64,000 bases of DNA from an uncultured Prevotellaceae bacterium (GTDB taxonomy: Bacteria > Bacteroidota > Bacteroidia > Bacteroidales > Muribaculaceae): the NCBI GenBank assembly GCA_900318645.1, contig ONLH01000014.1, forward strand, positions 17,064 through 81,063, written 5' to 3'. The position numbers and the translations under genes are program-made. The notes under the pieces are model-generated. The model was not told where the DNA came from and made no database searches. It saw nothing but the letters and a program-made list of their open reading frames with translations. Shown piece after piece: positions 10,404 to 20,065 of the stretch. Every line of letters begins with the position of its first letter. Position 1 is the stretch's first letter.

Positions 10404-10814
10404 ATGGAACAAAACGAGATGATGAACGGAATGCCACGCCGCGAGCGCGCGGTGATGTACAAGCGTGAACACAACTGCTGCCAGGCTGTGCTGCTGGCCT
10501 TTGCACCCGAGTTGGGGCTGCCCGAGGAGAAGCTTCTGGCGATGGGAGCCTGTTTCGGCAGCGGCATGGGTAGCATGGACGAGACCTGCGGTGCCCTGTG
10601 TGGAGCACAGATGGCACAAGGGTTGCTGAAATATGACGGCCGCCGCATGAATCCCCAAGCCAGCCAGTTGCGGGCAGAGTTTGAACAACGCTGTGGTGCC
10701 ACGCGCTGCAAGGACCTGAAGGGTGTGGGCACTGACCACGGTGTGCTGTGTTCTTGTGAGGACTGCGTGCGCCATGCCGTTGAAGCCCTTGAGGAGTTAG
10801 AAAACAGAAGTTAG
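10404..10814 (+). CDS. C_GCAxxG_C_C family putative redox-active protein
   Basis: HNCCQAV, ETCGALCGA, TRCKDL, CEDCV motifs. Confidence 0.88.
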   Translation: MEQNEMMNGMPRRERAVMYKREHNCCQAVLLAFAPELGLPEEKLLAMGACFGSGMGSMDETCGALCGAQMAQGLLKYDGRRMNPQASQLRAEFEQRCGATRCKDLKGVGTDHGVLCSCEDCVRHAVEALEELENRS

Positions 10815-10908
10815 GAGTTAAAAGTTTGGAGTTGGAAGATTACGATAAGTATTGTCGAGAAAGAAAAAAACTATACAAAAATATAGTTGATGTTTGGCGA
10901 GATTTGAG

Positions 10909-10916
10909 TAATTTTG
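10909..10916 (+). promoter_or_regulatory. Bacteroidetes sigma-A -7 promoter element (mre operon)
   Basis: TAATTTTG matches TAnnTTTG, ~70 bp upstream of the mreB ATG. Confidence 0.65.
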
Positions 10917-10983
10917 CAGTCCATTAAACGAGAGTAAATTATTAAGCATTCATAACTAACAATCTAACATACAGTTAACAATC

Positions 10984-11964
10984 ATGGGATGGTTTTCATT
11001 CACTCAAGAAATCGCTGTCGATTTAGGAACAGCCAACACCATTATCATCCATAACGACCGCATCGTCATCGACGTCGCCGTGGGTGAGCGCGCACGCGAG
11101 ATGCACGGCAAGGTCCATGAGGGCATCCGCACTGTTCGCCCCTTGAGCGACGGTGTCATCGCCGACTTCAACGCCGCCGAGCACATGATCCGCGGCATGA
11201 TCAAGAAAGTGAGCGCCAAGAACCACTGGTTCTCCCCCTCGTTGCGCATGGTAGTCTGCGTCCCCTCGGGATCGACCGAGGTCGAGATTCGTGCCGTCCG
11301 CGACTCCAGTGAGCATGCCGGTGGCCGCGACGTCTATATGATTTACGAACCGATGGCAGCCGCCTTGGGTATCGGCCTTGACGTGCTGGCTCCCGAGGGC
11401 AACATGATTGTTGACATCGGTGGTGGTACGACCGAGATCGCTGTGATTTCGCTGGGCGGTATCGTGAGCAACAAGAGTATCCGCACGGCTGGTGACGACC
11501 TCACCGAGGACATCCAGGAGCACATGCGCCGCGCCCACAACGTGCGCGTCGGTGAGCGCACGGCCGAGGCCATCAAGATCAACGTCGGCTCAGCATTGAC
11601 CGACCTGGGTCCCGATGCCCCCGAGGACTTCATCATCCATGGTCCCAACCAAGTGAACTCCCTGCCCCTTGAGGTGCCCGTGACCTACCAGGAGGTGTGC
11701 CACTGCATCGAGAAGTCCATCTCCAAGATCGAGGCTGCTGTCCTCAGCGCCCTGGAGCAGACGCCTCCCGAGCTGTATCAGGACATCGTCCACAACGGTA
11801 TCTTCCTGACCGGTGGTGGTGCCTTGCTGCGTGGTCTGGACCGTCGCTTGACCGACAAGATTGGCATCGAGTTCCACGTCGCCGAGGATCCCCTGCACGC
11901 CGTTGCCAAGGGTACTGGTATCGCATTGAAGAACATCAAGCACTTCAAGTTCCTCATGCGTTAA
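10984..11964 (+). CDS. mreB: Rod shape-determining protein MreB (apparent 14-aa in-frame deletion)
   Basis: DLGTANT, EPMAAALG, DIGGGTTE, LTGGGALL motifs; first gene of the mre/mrd cluster. Confidence 0.96.
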   Translation: MGWFSFTQEIAVDLGTANTIIIHNDRIVIDVAVGERAREMHGKVHEGIRTVRPLSDGVIADFNAAEHMIRGMIKKVSAKNHWFSPSLRMVVCVPSGSTEVEIRAVRDSSEHAGGRDVYMIYEPMAAALGIGLDVLAPEGNMIVDIGGGTTEIAVISLGGIVSNKSIRTAGDDLTEDIQEHMRRAHNVRVGERTAEAIKINVGSALTDLGPDAPEDFIIHGPNQVNSLPLEVPVTYQEVCHCIEKSISKIEAAVLSALEQTPPELYQDIVHNGIFLTGGGALLRGLDRRLTDKIGIEFHVAEDPLHAVAKGTGIALKNIKHFKFLMR

Positions 11965-12058
11965 TCCTTTTGAGGCTTTAGGTGTTAGGTATTAGGCGTT
12001 AGGAGAATCTCCCTGAAGCCTAAAAGCTAAAACCTAAAGCCTAAAGCCTACAGGCACG

Positions 12059-13099
12059 ATGAATAATCTGCTCAACTTTTTCGTCAAACACAGTGCGTGG
12101 TTCATTTTCGCTATCTATGTGATATTGAGCCTCGTACTGCTGTTTAAGGATAATCCTTACCAGCAGAGCGTCTATCTGACCTCGGCCAATCGAGTGAGTG
12201 CCGCGGTCTATGAGGCGTTCAATGGCGTCACGTCCTACTTCCACCTGCGTGGCATCAACGAGAGCCTGCAGGAACGCAACGCCGCGCTGGAGATGGAACT
12301 GATTGAGCTGCGCGAGCAGATGTCGGACCTTGCACTGATGTCTCCTGACTCATTGCGCCAGCCCGCGCTGCGGCAATACACCTTCGTGATGGCCCATGTC
12401 ATCAGCAACAGCATCTCACAGCCAAACAATTACATCACCATCGACCGCGGGCACATCGACGGTGTCAGCCCCGAGATGGGTGTCATCGACCAAAACGGCG
12501 TGGTGGGTATCGTCAACGTGGTGGGACCGCATGCTGCTCGCATCATCTCGCTGCTGAACCCGCACATGAGATTGTCCTGCAAACTGCGTGACAGCGGTTT
12601 CTACGGCAGCCTGGTCTGGGACGGCAAGAGTCCCCGCTTTGCCGTGCTTGAGGAGTTGCCCAAACACGTCACCTTCCACAAGGGCGACACCATCGTCACC
12701 AGCGGCTACTCGGCAGTATTCCCCGAGGGCATCATTGTGGGTACGGTAGAAGGTCTGGCCCGTGACATGAGCGACAGCTTCGTCTCGTTGCGTATCAAGC
12801 TGACGACCAACTTCAGTCAGCTGAGCAACGTGCGCGTGATCACCAACAGCATGAAGGAGCAGATTGATGCCCTGCGTCGTGCCGAACAAGGCATCGACAC
12901 CGCTGCCAGTATCCAGACGCGTCCCGAGCTCAAGCCCGAAATCATCGACGTGTTGCCTGGTGACCCCGTCAAGACTCAGAACGCCAAACCCGCAAAGAAG
13001 TCTGAGAAATCCGAGAATACCGAGAGCCCCAAGGCTACCGAAGTCCCCGACAACACCACCAAACCCGTTGAACCCGAACAAGGAGGAGAACAGCCATGA
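12059..13099 (+). CDS. mreC: Rod shape-determining protein MreC
   Basis: N-terminal TM, coiled coil, NYITIDRG..DGV.PEMGVI, GDTIVTSG.S.VFPEGI; synteny. Confidence 0.93.
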   Translation: MNNLLNFFVKHSAWFIFAIYVILSLVLLFKDNPYQQSVYLTSANRVSAAVYEAFNGVTSYFHLRGINESLQERNAALEMELIELREQMSDLALMSPDSLRQPALRQYTFVMAHVISNSISQPNNYITIDRGHIDGVSPEMGVIDQNGVVGIVNVVGPHAARIISLLNPHMRLSCKLRDSGFYGSLVWDGKSPRFAVLEELPKHVTFHKGDTIVTSGYSAVFPEGIIVGTVEGLARDMSDSFVSLRIKLTTNFSQLSNVRVITNSMKEQIDALRRAEQGIDTAASIQTRPELKPEIIDVLPGDPVKTQNAKPAKKSEKSENTESPKATEVPDNTTKPVEPEQGGEQP

Positions 13100-13614
13100 C
13101 CAAGACCGTAATACAATTCATCGTGCTATTTCTGGCATTGGTTGTCGTGCAGCTGGTGTGCAACAAGATTGTGCTGTTCAACATCGCCATGCCCGTGGTA
13201 TTCATCTACCTCATCCTCAGGTTGCCGGTCAACCTGCACGGCGGCTGGGTGCTGACGGTTGCCTTCTTCTCGGGCCTGATCATCGACATCTTCAACAACA
13301 CGCCGGGCATGAACGCCCTGGCATGCACCGTGCTGGCGGCAGTACGTCGGCCGGTGTTCAACTTGTTTGTCTCACGCGAGAACGACATGAACATCCCCAT
13401 CCCGTCGGTGGACTCGATGGGCGTCGGTGACTACTTCAAGTATATGGCGACACTGGTAACGGTCTATTGCACACTCATTTTCCTCATCCAGGCTTTCTCC
13501 CTGCACGACATTGTGCTCACGCTCGCACGCATCGTCGGCAGCAGCATCCTGTCGATTATCCTCATCTTTGGGTTGGACACTTTAGTGAGCACGCGCCGTG
13601 AGAAAAGACTATAA
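13096..13614 (+). CDS. mreD: Rod shape-determining protein MreD
   Basis: Hydrophobic 172 aa, GLIIDIFNNTPGMNA motif; overlaps the mreC stop. Confidence 0.9.
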   Translation: MTKTVIQFIVLFLALVVVQLVCNKIVLFNIAMPVVFIYLILRLPVNLHGGWVLTVAFFSGLIIDIFNNTPGMNALACTVLAAVRRPVFNLFVSRENDMNIPIPSVDSMGVGDYFKYMATLVTVYCTLIFLIQAFSLHDIVLTLARIVGSSILSIILIFGLDTLVSTRREKRL

Positions 13615-15448
13615 CCTTGAGAAGCGAAAACTTGTCATCGGCGGATTCATTGTAGCGATTGTCATCATCTACATCATCCGACTGGTGCAGTTGCAGGTGC
13701 TGGACAGCACCTACAAGGCCCATGCCGATAACAACGCTTTTATGGAGAAGGTCATCTACCCGTCTCGCGGCCTGATTTATGACCGCAACGACTCGTTGGT
13801 GGTCTATAATTCTCCCGAATATGACCTGATGATGATTCCCAAGGACGTCCTCCCCTTTGACACCATCGACTTCTGCAACACGTTGAAAATCAGCCGCGAA
13901 GAATTTGACCGTCGCCTGCAGGAGATGCAAAAGGGGCGCAGTTACTCGTCCTTCACTCAGCAGGTGTTCATGAACCACCTCTCCCCCGAGGATTACGGAC
14001 GACTGCAGGAGAAGCTCTACCGCTTCCCCGGCTTCTTTGTCGTGCAACGCATCCTCAGGCAATATAACTACCATGTCGCCGCCAACGTGCTGGGCGACAT
14101 CCGCGAGGTCAATGCCCGTGACATCGAGAACGATAGCTATTACCGCCCTGGTGACTACACCGGCGACCTGGGTATCGAGAAGAGCTACGAGCAATGGCTG
14201 CGTGGCGTCAAGGGCAAGGAAATCCTCATCCGTGACGCAACAGGCAAAATCAAGGGCCACTACAACGACGGTGCCGACGACGTATCGCCCGTGGCTGGCA
14301 ACAACTTGAAGCTGAGCATCGACATCGGGCTGCAGGCCTATGGCGAATTGCTCATGCAGGGCAAGGTGGGCGCCATCGTGTGCATCGAGCCCAAGACCGG
14401 CGAAATCCTTGCGCTGGTATCCAGCCCGACCTACGACCCGGCGCTGCTCATGGGTAAGGAGCGCGGCAAGAACTATGGCGACCTGGTCAACAACAGGCTC
14501 AAACCGCTTTATGACCGTTCCATCATGGCGGCCTACCCTCCTGGCTCAACGTTCAAGCCTACCCAGGGCCTGATTTTCCTCGATGAAGGCATCATCACCA
14601 CAAGCACGATGTACCCCTGCCGCCGCGGCTACGTCAACGCCGGCATGCGCGTGGGCTGCCACGGCCACGGCTCCCCCATCTCCTTGAAACCCGCCCTGCA
14701 GACGTCTTGCAACGCCTATTTCTGCTGGGGTTTCAAGCACATGATGGACAACCGCAAGAAGTATGGCTCGACGGGTAAAGCCTTCGAGGTGTGGAAAAAC
14801 CACATGGTATCGATGGGCTACGGCTACAAGCTGGGTGTGGACATGCCGGGCGAGAGCCGAGGCTTCATCCCCAACACGGCTTTCTATGACAAGTTCCACA
14901 AGAAGGGCAAGTGGACGGGGCAATCCATCATCAGCGATGCCATCGGCCAGGGCGAAATCCTCGCCACACCGCTGCAGATCGCTAACCTGAGCGCCACCAT
15001 CGCCAACCGCGGCTACTACATCACGCCTCATGTGGTGAAGAACATCGAGGGGGTCGGCGTGCTCAAGAGGAATCTGGAACGCCACGACACCGACATCGAC
15101 AAGCGCTACTATGCCGACATCGTCGAGGGTATGCGCATGGCAGTGCTGGGCGGCACTTGCACCCGTGCCAATATACCGGGACTTGACGTGTGTGGCAAGA
15201 CGGGTACGGCTCAGAACCCGCACGGTCGTGACCACTCGGTGTTCATGGGATTCGCGCCGATGAACGACCCCAAGATTGCCGTTTGTGTGTATGTCGAGAA
15301 TGCAGGCTTTGGCGCCGCCTTCGGTGTGCCCATCGGGGCGCTGATGATACAGCGCTACCTGCGTGGTGACTCACCCGGCTTGCAGGCCCAGGGCCGCGCG
15401 ATGGCAAGCCGCCACACCATTTCTTCACCCAAGGTGAAGAAGGATTAG
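13598..15448 (+). CDS. mrdA: Penicillin-binding protein 2
   Basis: PSRGLIYDRN, YPPGSTFK (SxxK), SCN, KTG motifs. Confidence 0.95.
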   Translation: MRKDYNLEKRKLVIGGFIVAIVIIYIIRLVQLQVLDSTYKAHADNNAFMEKVIYPSRGLIYDRNDSLVVYNSPEYDLMMIPKDVLPFDTIDFCNTLKISREEFDRRLQEMQKGRSYSSFTQQVFMNHLSPEDYGRLQEKLYRFPGFFVVQRILRQYNYHVAANVLGDIREVNARDIENDSYYRPGDYTGDLGIEKSYEQWLRGVKGKEILIRDATGKIKGHYNDGADDVSPVAGNNLKLSIDIGLQAYGELLMQGKVGAIVCIEPKTGEILALVSSPTYDPALLMGKERGKNYGDLVNNRLKPLYDRSIMAAYPPGSTFKPTQGLIFLDEGIITTSTMYPCRRGYVNAGMRVGCHGHGSPISLKPALQTSCNAYFCWGFKHMMDNRKKYGSTGKAFEVWKNHMVSMGYGYKLGVDMPGESRGFIPNTAFYDKFHKKGKWTGQSIISDAIGQGEILATPLQIANLSATIANRGYYITPHVVKNIEGVGVLKRNLERHDTDIDKRYYADIVEGMRMAVLGGTCTRANIPGLDVCGKTGTAQNPHGRDHSVFMGFAPMNDPKIAVCVYVENAGFGAAFGVPIGALMIQRYLRGDSPGLQAQGRAMASRHTISSPKVKKD

Positions 15449-15486
15449 TGATTAGTGAGAAACGACTAAGGACTAAAGACTTAAAA

Positions 15487-16956
15487 ATGGAAGTAAGGAA
15501 CGAAGATGAGAATACTAACTTGTTGAGGTCGGTGGACTGGTTTACTATCGTGCTCTACATCATCATGATCATAGCGGGAGCGGTGAGCATCTATGCCGCC
15601 ACCTATGACTATGACCGGGCGAGCATGTTCGACCTGAGCGAGTTCTCGGGCAAGCAGTTCTTGTGGGCTGGCTTGTCATTGCTCATCGGTTTCTCGTTGC
15701 TGCTCATCGACAGGCGCATCTATGAGGCCTACGCCTATCCGCTATACGGATTCATGATATTGCTACTGATCGTCACCAGTTTCATAGCGCCCGACATCAA
15801 GGGCTCCCGGTCGTGGCTCGTGTTCGGATCGGTGAGTCTGCAACCTGCCGAGTTTGCCAAGACGGCGACGGCCCTGGCGCTGGCTAAACTGTTCAGCACC
15901 TACGGTTTCACGCTCAACGGGTGGCGCAACTATGCCATCGCATTGGGCATCATCCTGCTGCCCATCCTGTGCATCATTCTGGAGCGCGAGACGGGTACGG
16001 CACTGGTTTATACCGCCCTGTTTTTTGTCCTCTATCGTGAGGGCATGTCGGGTTTTGTGCTGTTTGCAGCCTTGATGGCGGTGGTCTATTTTGTCGTGGT
16101 GCTGAAGTTTGCCGCCCTCACCTTTATGGGCATCCCACTGGGCATCGCCATCGCCTTTATCATCGTGATGGTGCTCGTGGTGGGCATGCTGTTGATCTAT
16201 TGCCGCTCGTGGATTCTGGGGCGCAACGTGTTGCTAGGCTACTTGGCAGCAGGGGCGCTAGCTGGCGGCCTGACACTGGCTGGTGTGCACGTCAACGGCT
16301 ATGCCTTCTTCCTGCCCGTCATCATCCTGTCACTGCTCTACCTGCTGTGGGGCATGCTGCATGACGACTTGAAGAAGGTGCTCATTACCATCTGCTTTGC
16401 CGCAGCATCGCTCGTGTTCATGTTCACGGTGGACTTTGCCTTCAACCATGTGTTGGAGCCGCACCAGCAACAGCGCATCAAGGTGACCCTGGGCATTGAG
16501 GACGACCTGCGCGGTGCGGGCTACAACGTCAACCAGAGCAAAATCGCCATCGGCAGCGGCGGCATCATGGGCAAAGGCTTCCTCAACGGCACGCAGACCA
16601 AACTGAAGTATGTGCCCGAGCAACACACCGACTTTATCTACTGCACCATCGGTGAGGAGCAGGGCTTTATCGGCAGCGTGGCAGTATTGCTACTCTTCCT
16701 GATCCTGATATTGCGCATCATCACCCTGGCCGAGCGAAACCACTCGACCTTTGCACGGGTATATGCCTATTGCGTTGCGTCCTACCTCATCTTCCACCTC
16801 ACCATCAACATCGGCATGGTTATCGGCCTGTGCCCCGTCATCGGCATCCCGCTGCCCTTCTTCAGCTACGGCGGCTCATCGTTGTGGGGCTTCACCTTCC
16901 TGCTGTTCATCTTGCTGCGCATCGATGCCGACCGCGGCAACTACGGCACCTGGTAA
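15487..16956 (+). CDS. rodA: Rod shape-determining protein RodA (SEDS)
   Basis: GSRSW, LQPAEFAK, GYNVNQSKIAIGSGG, PEQHTDFI, PFFSYGGSS; start at ATG 15487 preferred (GTG 15448 alternative). Confidence 0.95.
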   Translation: MEVRNEDENTNLLRSVDWFTIVLYIIMIIAGAVSIYAATYDYDRASMFDLSEFSGKQFLWAGLSLLIGFSLLLIDRRIYEAYAYPLYGFMILLLIVTSFIAPDIKGSRSWLVFGSVSLQPAEFAKTATALALAKLFSTYGFTLNGWRNYAIALGIILLPILCIILERETGTALVYTALFFVLYREGMSGFVLFAALMAVVYFVVVLKFAALTFMGIPLGIAIAFIIVMVLVVGMLLIYCRSWILGRNVLLGYLAAGALAGGLTLAGVHVNGYAFFLPVIILSLLYLLWGMLHDDLKKVLITICFAAASLVFMFTVDFAFNHVLEPHQQQRIKVTLGIEDDLRGAGYNVNQSKIAIGSGGIMGKGFLNGTQTKLKYVPEQHTDFIYCTIGEEQGFIGSVAVLLLFLILILRIITLAERNHSTFARVYAYCVASYLIFHLTINIGMVIGLCPVIGIPLPFFSYGGSSLWGFTFLLFILLRIDADRGNYGTW

Positions 16957-16992
16957 AGCCATTTACCATCACCGTTGTATCTGAGCTATCTG

Positions 16993-18531
16993 CTATTTTT
17001 TCTCCTTAACATGGAGCTTGCAGTAGATTACTCCTGCTATGAACCCACACAACAGGCCCGACACATGCCCTGTCAGACTAATGCTGCGGGTGAAACTTAG
17101 CAGTATAGTGGGAACTATCAGGATGGCCAAGACTTTCAAGATCGTTTTATTGGTAGAAGTCCACAGTTTTTTGGAATCAATCATGAAACCGAATGGAAAC
17201 CCCAACATGCCCATAATCGCCCCTGATGCCCCCACTGTGACAGCATCGCTAAAGAGGGCGCAACAGAGGGAACTCACGATACCAGTACCAAAGAACACCA
17301 GCACGCCAGTCCAGCCTTGATAGATCGGAATCACTACACACCAGAACAGCAGAATGATGAATAAGCCCATGAGATTAGATACCAGGTGGATCATATTGAC
17401 GTGCATGAGCATTGACGTGACAAGCCGCCACCACTCTCCTTTCACAAACAGATTATATCCCGATATGGCCCCATAATCCAGTGCCGACGACGATTCCTTG
17501 TAGCCCAGGGCAAGTGCTATCATATAATAGATAATCGGCAGCAGGAAAATGAAAACGGATGGCCAATTCTTGGGATTCTTTATGTACTTGACTGTTTCTT
17601 TCTCCAGTTCAAAGCCAGCATTGGTATTTCCTTTTCTTTTCTTCCTCCTCGTTCTGGCAAAGGCCAAGATAAGGGCAATGATTCCCATACATACCGCAAA
17701 GCAAATAACGTAACCCACTCTGACATGGGGCTCACCACTGAGGGGCACGTCATATACTGGCCTGATGATGACAGGATGATTCTCTATAGCGAAGGCAGTA
17801 TCATAGCACGATATGGATGCATTCCCGACTGCCTTCAAGATATAATCATACTCCTCATCATTGGGATTGATGCGCTGGAACGTCGTGCATCTTGAGTCGT
17901 AATGATGCTGCTGTAGCGTGTCACGCAAGGCGACGCTGAACTCATGGAGGTATTCATTAAGTTTTTCATCGCTGGCAAACGAGTAATCGTGCCTGTCGCC
18001 ACTCACATGATAAATCATGTAAACTCCATTGCTCTGCTTGACCGGAGCAGCAACATAGGCTTCAAAGGTGATATCCGATCCCGAAGAATAACGTTGATAG
18101 TGCCGATGCACTTTGGGATACACATAGTAGCCCACCATGCTGGTATCAACTTCCACCAGAAAGAGGCTATGAATATATTCTTCACTCCCCAAGCTGTCCT
18201 TCACTATACTGTCACACTCATGGAACAACGAAGTGCGCCGATCGGCATAATCTCCCACGCCACAGAGTCCACTAACCAACGCGATGAACAAGAAAAGTAG
18301 CAGGAAATCTCTCGGGACTTCATTCTGAACAATATGGGTAAACCTTCTCAGCAGAAGTACCGTTGCAACAACCCAGGACAGACCGATGAACAGCCTGAAT
18401 GAATATTGTAAGGACCTCAAATCTGCGACCCAGTACAGCAGCCCGAAAAGAGCTACCGATAACATAGATATAAACGTGATCGAGCCTATGCTCCTCCACA
18501 CCCCTGACCAATCATGCTTACTTCTTACCAT
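16993..18531 (-). CDS. Membrane protein fused to a C-terminal rhomboid intramembrane serine protease
   Basis: WRLVTSMLMH..MIHLVSN, GASG catalytic Ser, HVSGLLCG catalytic His; N-terminal 3 TM plus ~170-aa soluble domain. Confidence 0.85.
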   Translation of the reverse strand: MVRSKHDWSGVWRSIGSITFISMLSVALFGLLYWVADLRSLQYSFRLFIGLSWVVATVLLLRRFTHIVQNEVPRDFLLLFLFIALVSGLCGVGDYADRRTSLFHECDSIVKDSLGSEEYIHSLFLVEVDTSMVGYYVYPKVHRHYQRYSSGSDITFEAYVAAPVKQSNGVYMIYHVSGDRHDYSFASDEKLNEYLHEFSVALRDTLQQHHYDSRCTTFQRINPNDEEYDYILKAVGNASISCYDTAFAIENHPVIIRPVYDVPLSGEPHVRVGYVICFAVCMGIIALILAFARTRRKKRKGNTNAGFELEKETVKYIKNPKNWPSVFIFLLPIIYYMIALALGYKESSSALDYGAISGYNLFVKGEWWRLVTSMLMHVNMIHLVSNLMGLFIILLFWCVVIPIYQGWTGVLVFFGTGIVSSLCCALFSDAVTVGASGAIMGMLGFPFGFMIDSKKLWTSTNKTILKVLAILIVPTILLSFTRSISLTGHVSGLLCGFIAGVIYCKLHVKEKK

Positions 18532-18577
18532 AGTGTCGATTTAAAAACACGTGTTTTGCTATCTTTTATTTCCAGTA

Positions 18578-19900
18578 TCACAACAACCCAGCGCAGTAAA
18601 CAGGGATACAATCAGTCGCTCCATCACGATAGAAGTCCTTAGTATAAACAAGAATGCGGTCGCCGACCCGCGACGAAAACTTCCTACAGAACTCGTCCAA
18701 TGACTTGTGAGCCAGATACCCCGATGATTTGACTTCTATCGGGACAATCTTATTACCCTTAGACAATAAGAAATCAATCTCGTAATTATGATTATTGCCA
18801 TCAGGGAATGTGTAATAATATAATGTATGTCCAGCAGTCTTTAACATTTGAGCCACAAGATTCTCATACACATATCCCAAGTTGGCGGCCAATTTGTCCG
18901 AAAGCAATTTATCATAAATGACATTCTCGGTATATTTCTTGTCCCAAAATGCGAGTGTAACAAACAATCCTGTATCACCAAGGAATATTTTATAGTAATC
19001 TATATTTCGACTCAACCCAAAGCCCACATTGGGATCATTAGCATGATAAGCCACCGAAATGACCATACTATCTTCCATATCAGCAATAATGGAGTTTACA
19101 TCATAGTTCTTACGGTCTAAAGCTGTGGAAATTTTATACCTTGAAGCATTCTTTGCCAACTGACCAGGAATACTGAAAAACAATCTTGATGCTCTTCCTG
19201 TAGTGTCAATCTTCCTGAAATCATCGTCATAAAGCTGAATGATTTCACGCTTTATCGCGTCCACATGCTGCATATTGTTGCTTTTGATGTAAGCATTGAC
19301 CGCCTGGGGCATTCCTCCCACAAGCATATATAGCCTCAAATCACGCATCTGTTGACGATGCGCTTGTCCAAGCGGTATCTTTTTATCCCAGAATTTTCTC
19401 AAAACGGAATAACCCAACCCATTTCCTGTCGCCCACATGAACTCCTCATAGTCAAGTGGAAAAAGCGTCATCCGAGTTTCTTCACTGGGTATTAATATGC
19501 TCTGCACATTTTTTTTCAAAGTCAACAGCGAACCCGTTTCTATGTAGTCATATCTGCCATCTTTCACAAGATGTTTAATAGCTTGGCGTGCCAATGGTTG
19601 CAACTGCACCTCATCAAAGACAATGACACTTTGACGCTCATACAAAGTAGTGTGGGTTTCTTGTTGTAGTCTAAGGAAAAAGAAATCCAGATTACTCATA
19701 TCGTCAAACAAGGCATTGAGTTGCTTGCTGACATGAGAGAAATCTATCAGGATATAAGACTTATATTCACGTTTGGCAAAATCCTCAACAAGTGTTGATT
19801 TACCCACACGTCGAGCACCCTTAATCAGTAAAGCCGTTTTGCCCTGGCGTTCCTGTTTCCAACGGAACATCTCATCATATAATTTTCGCTTAAAAATCAT
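18578..19900 (-). CDS. AAA_14 + DUF4143-type ATPase with C-terminal PD-(D/E)XK-like motif
   Basis: Start MIFKRK (ATG 19900); GARRVGKS, VFDEVQ, IETGS, YMLVGGMP, C-terminal YEIDFLL...PIEVKS. Confidence 0.87.
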   Translation of the reverse strand: MIFKRKLYDEMFRWKQERQGKTALLIKGARRVGKSTLVEDFAKREYKSYILIDFSHVSKQLNALFDDMSNLDFFFLRLQQETHTTLYERQSVIVFDEVQLQPLARQAIKHLVKDGRYDYIETGSLLTLKKNVQSILIPSEETRMTLFPLDYEEFMWATGNGLGYSVLRKFWDKKIPLGQAHRQQMRDLRLYMLVGGMPQAVNAYIKSNNMQHVDAIKREIIQLYDDDFRKIDTTGRASRLFFSIPGQLAKNASRYKISTALDRKNYDVNSIIADMEDSMVISVAYHANDPNVGFGLSRNIDYYKIFLGDTGLFVTLAFWDKKYTENVIYDKLLSDKLAANLGYVYENLVAQMLKTAGHTLYYYTFPDGNNHNYEIDFLLSKGNKIVPIEVKSSGYLAHKSLDEFCRKFSSRVGDRILVYTKDFYRDGATDCIPVYCAGLL

Positions 19901-19942
19901 AATCCAACATTTCTTATTGATAATCAGGTGCAAATATACAAA

Positions 19943-20065
19943 AAATGTTGTTTCCGCAAAATGTTTTTCGCCAAAATATGTCGTTTCCGCAAAATATTTT
20001 TCACCAAAATGTGTCGTTTCCGCAAAATGTTTTTCAACGAAATGTGTCGTTTCCGCAAAATGTTT
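19943..20065. repeat. 33-bp tandem repeat, ~3.7 units
   Basis: gtttccgcaaaat at 19950, 19983, 20016 and 20049; unit approximately gtcgtttccgcaaaatgtttttcgccaaaatgt. Confidence 0.92.

Noticed and set aside
18532-18577. Degenerate downstream copy of the 33-bp repeat (gtgtcgattt...gtgttttg)
   Set aside because: Similarity too weak to call a flanking repeat
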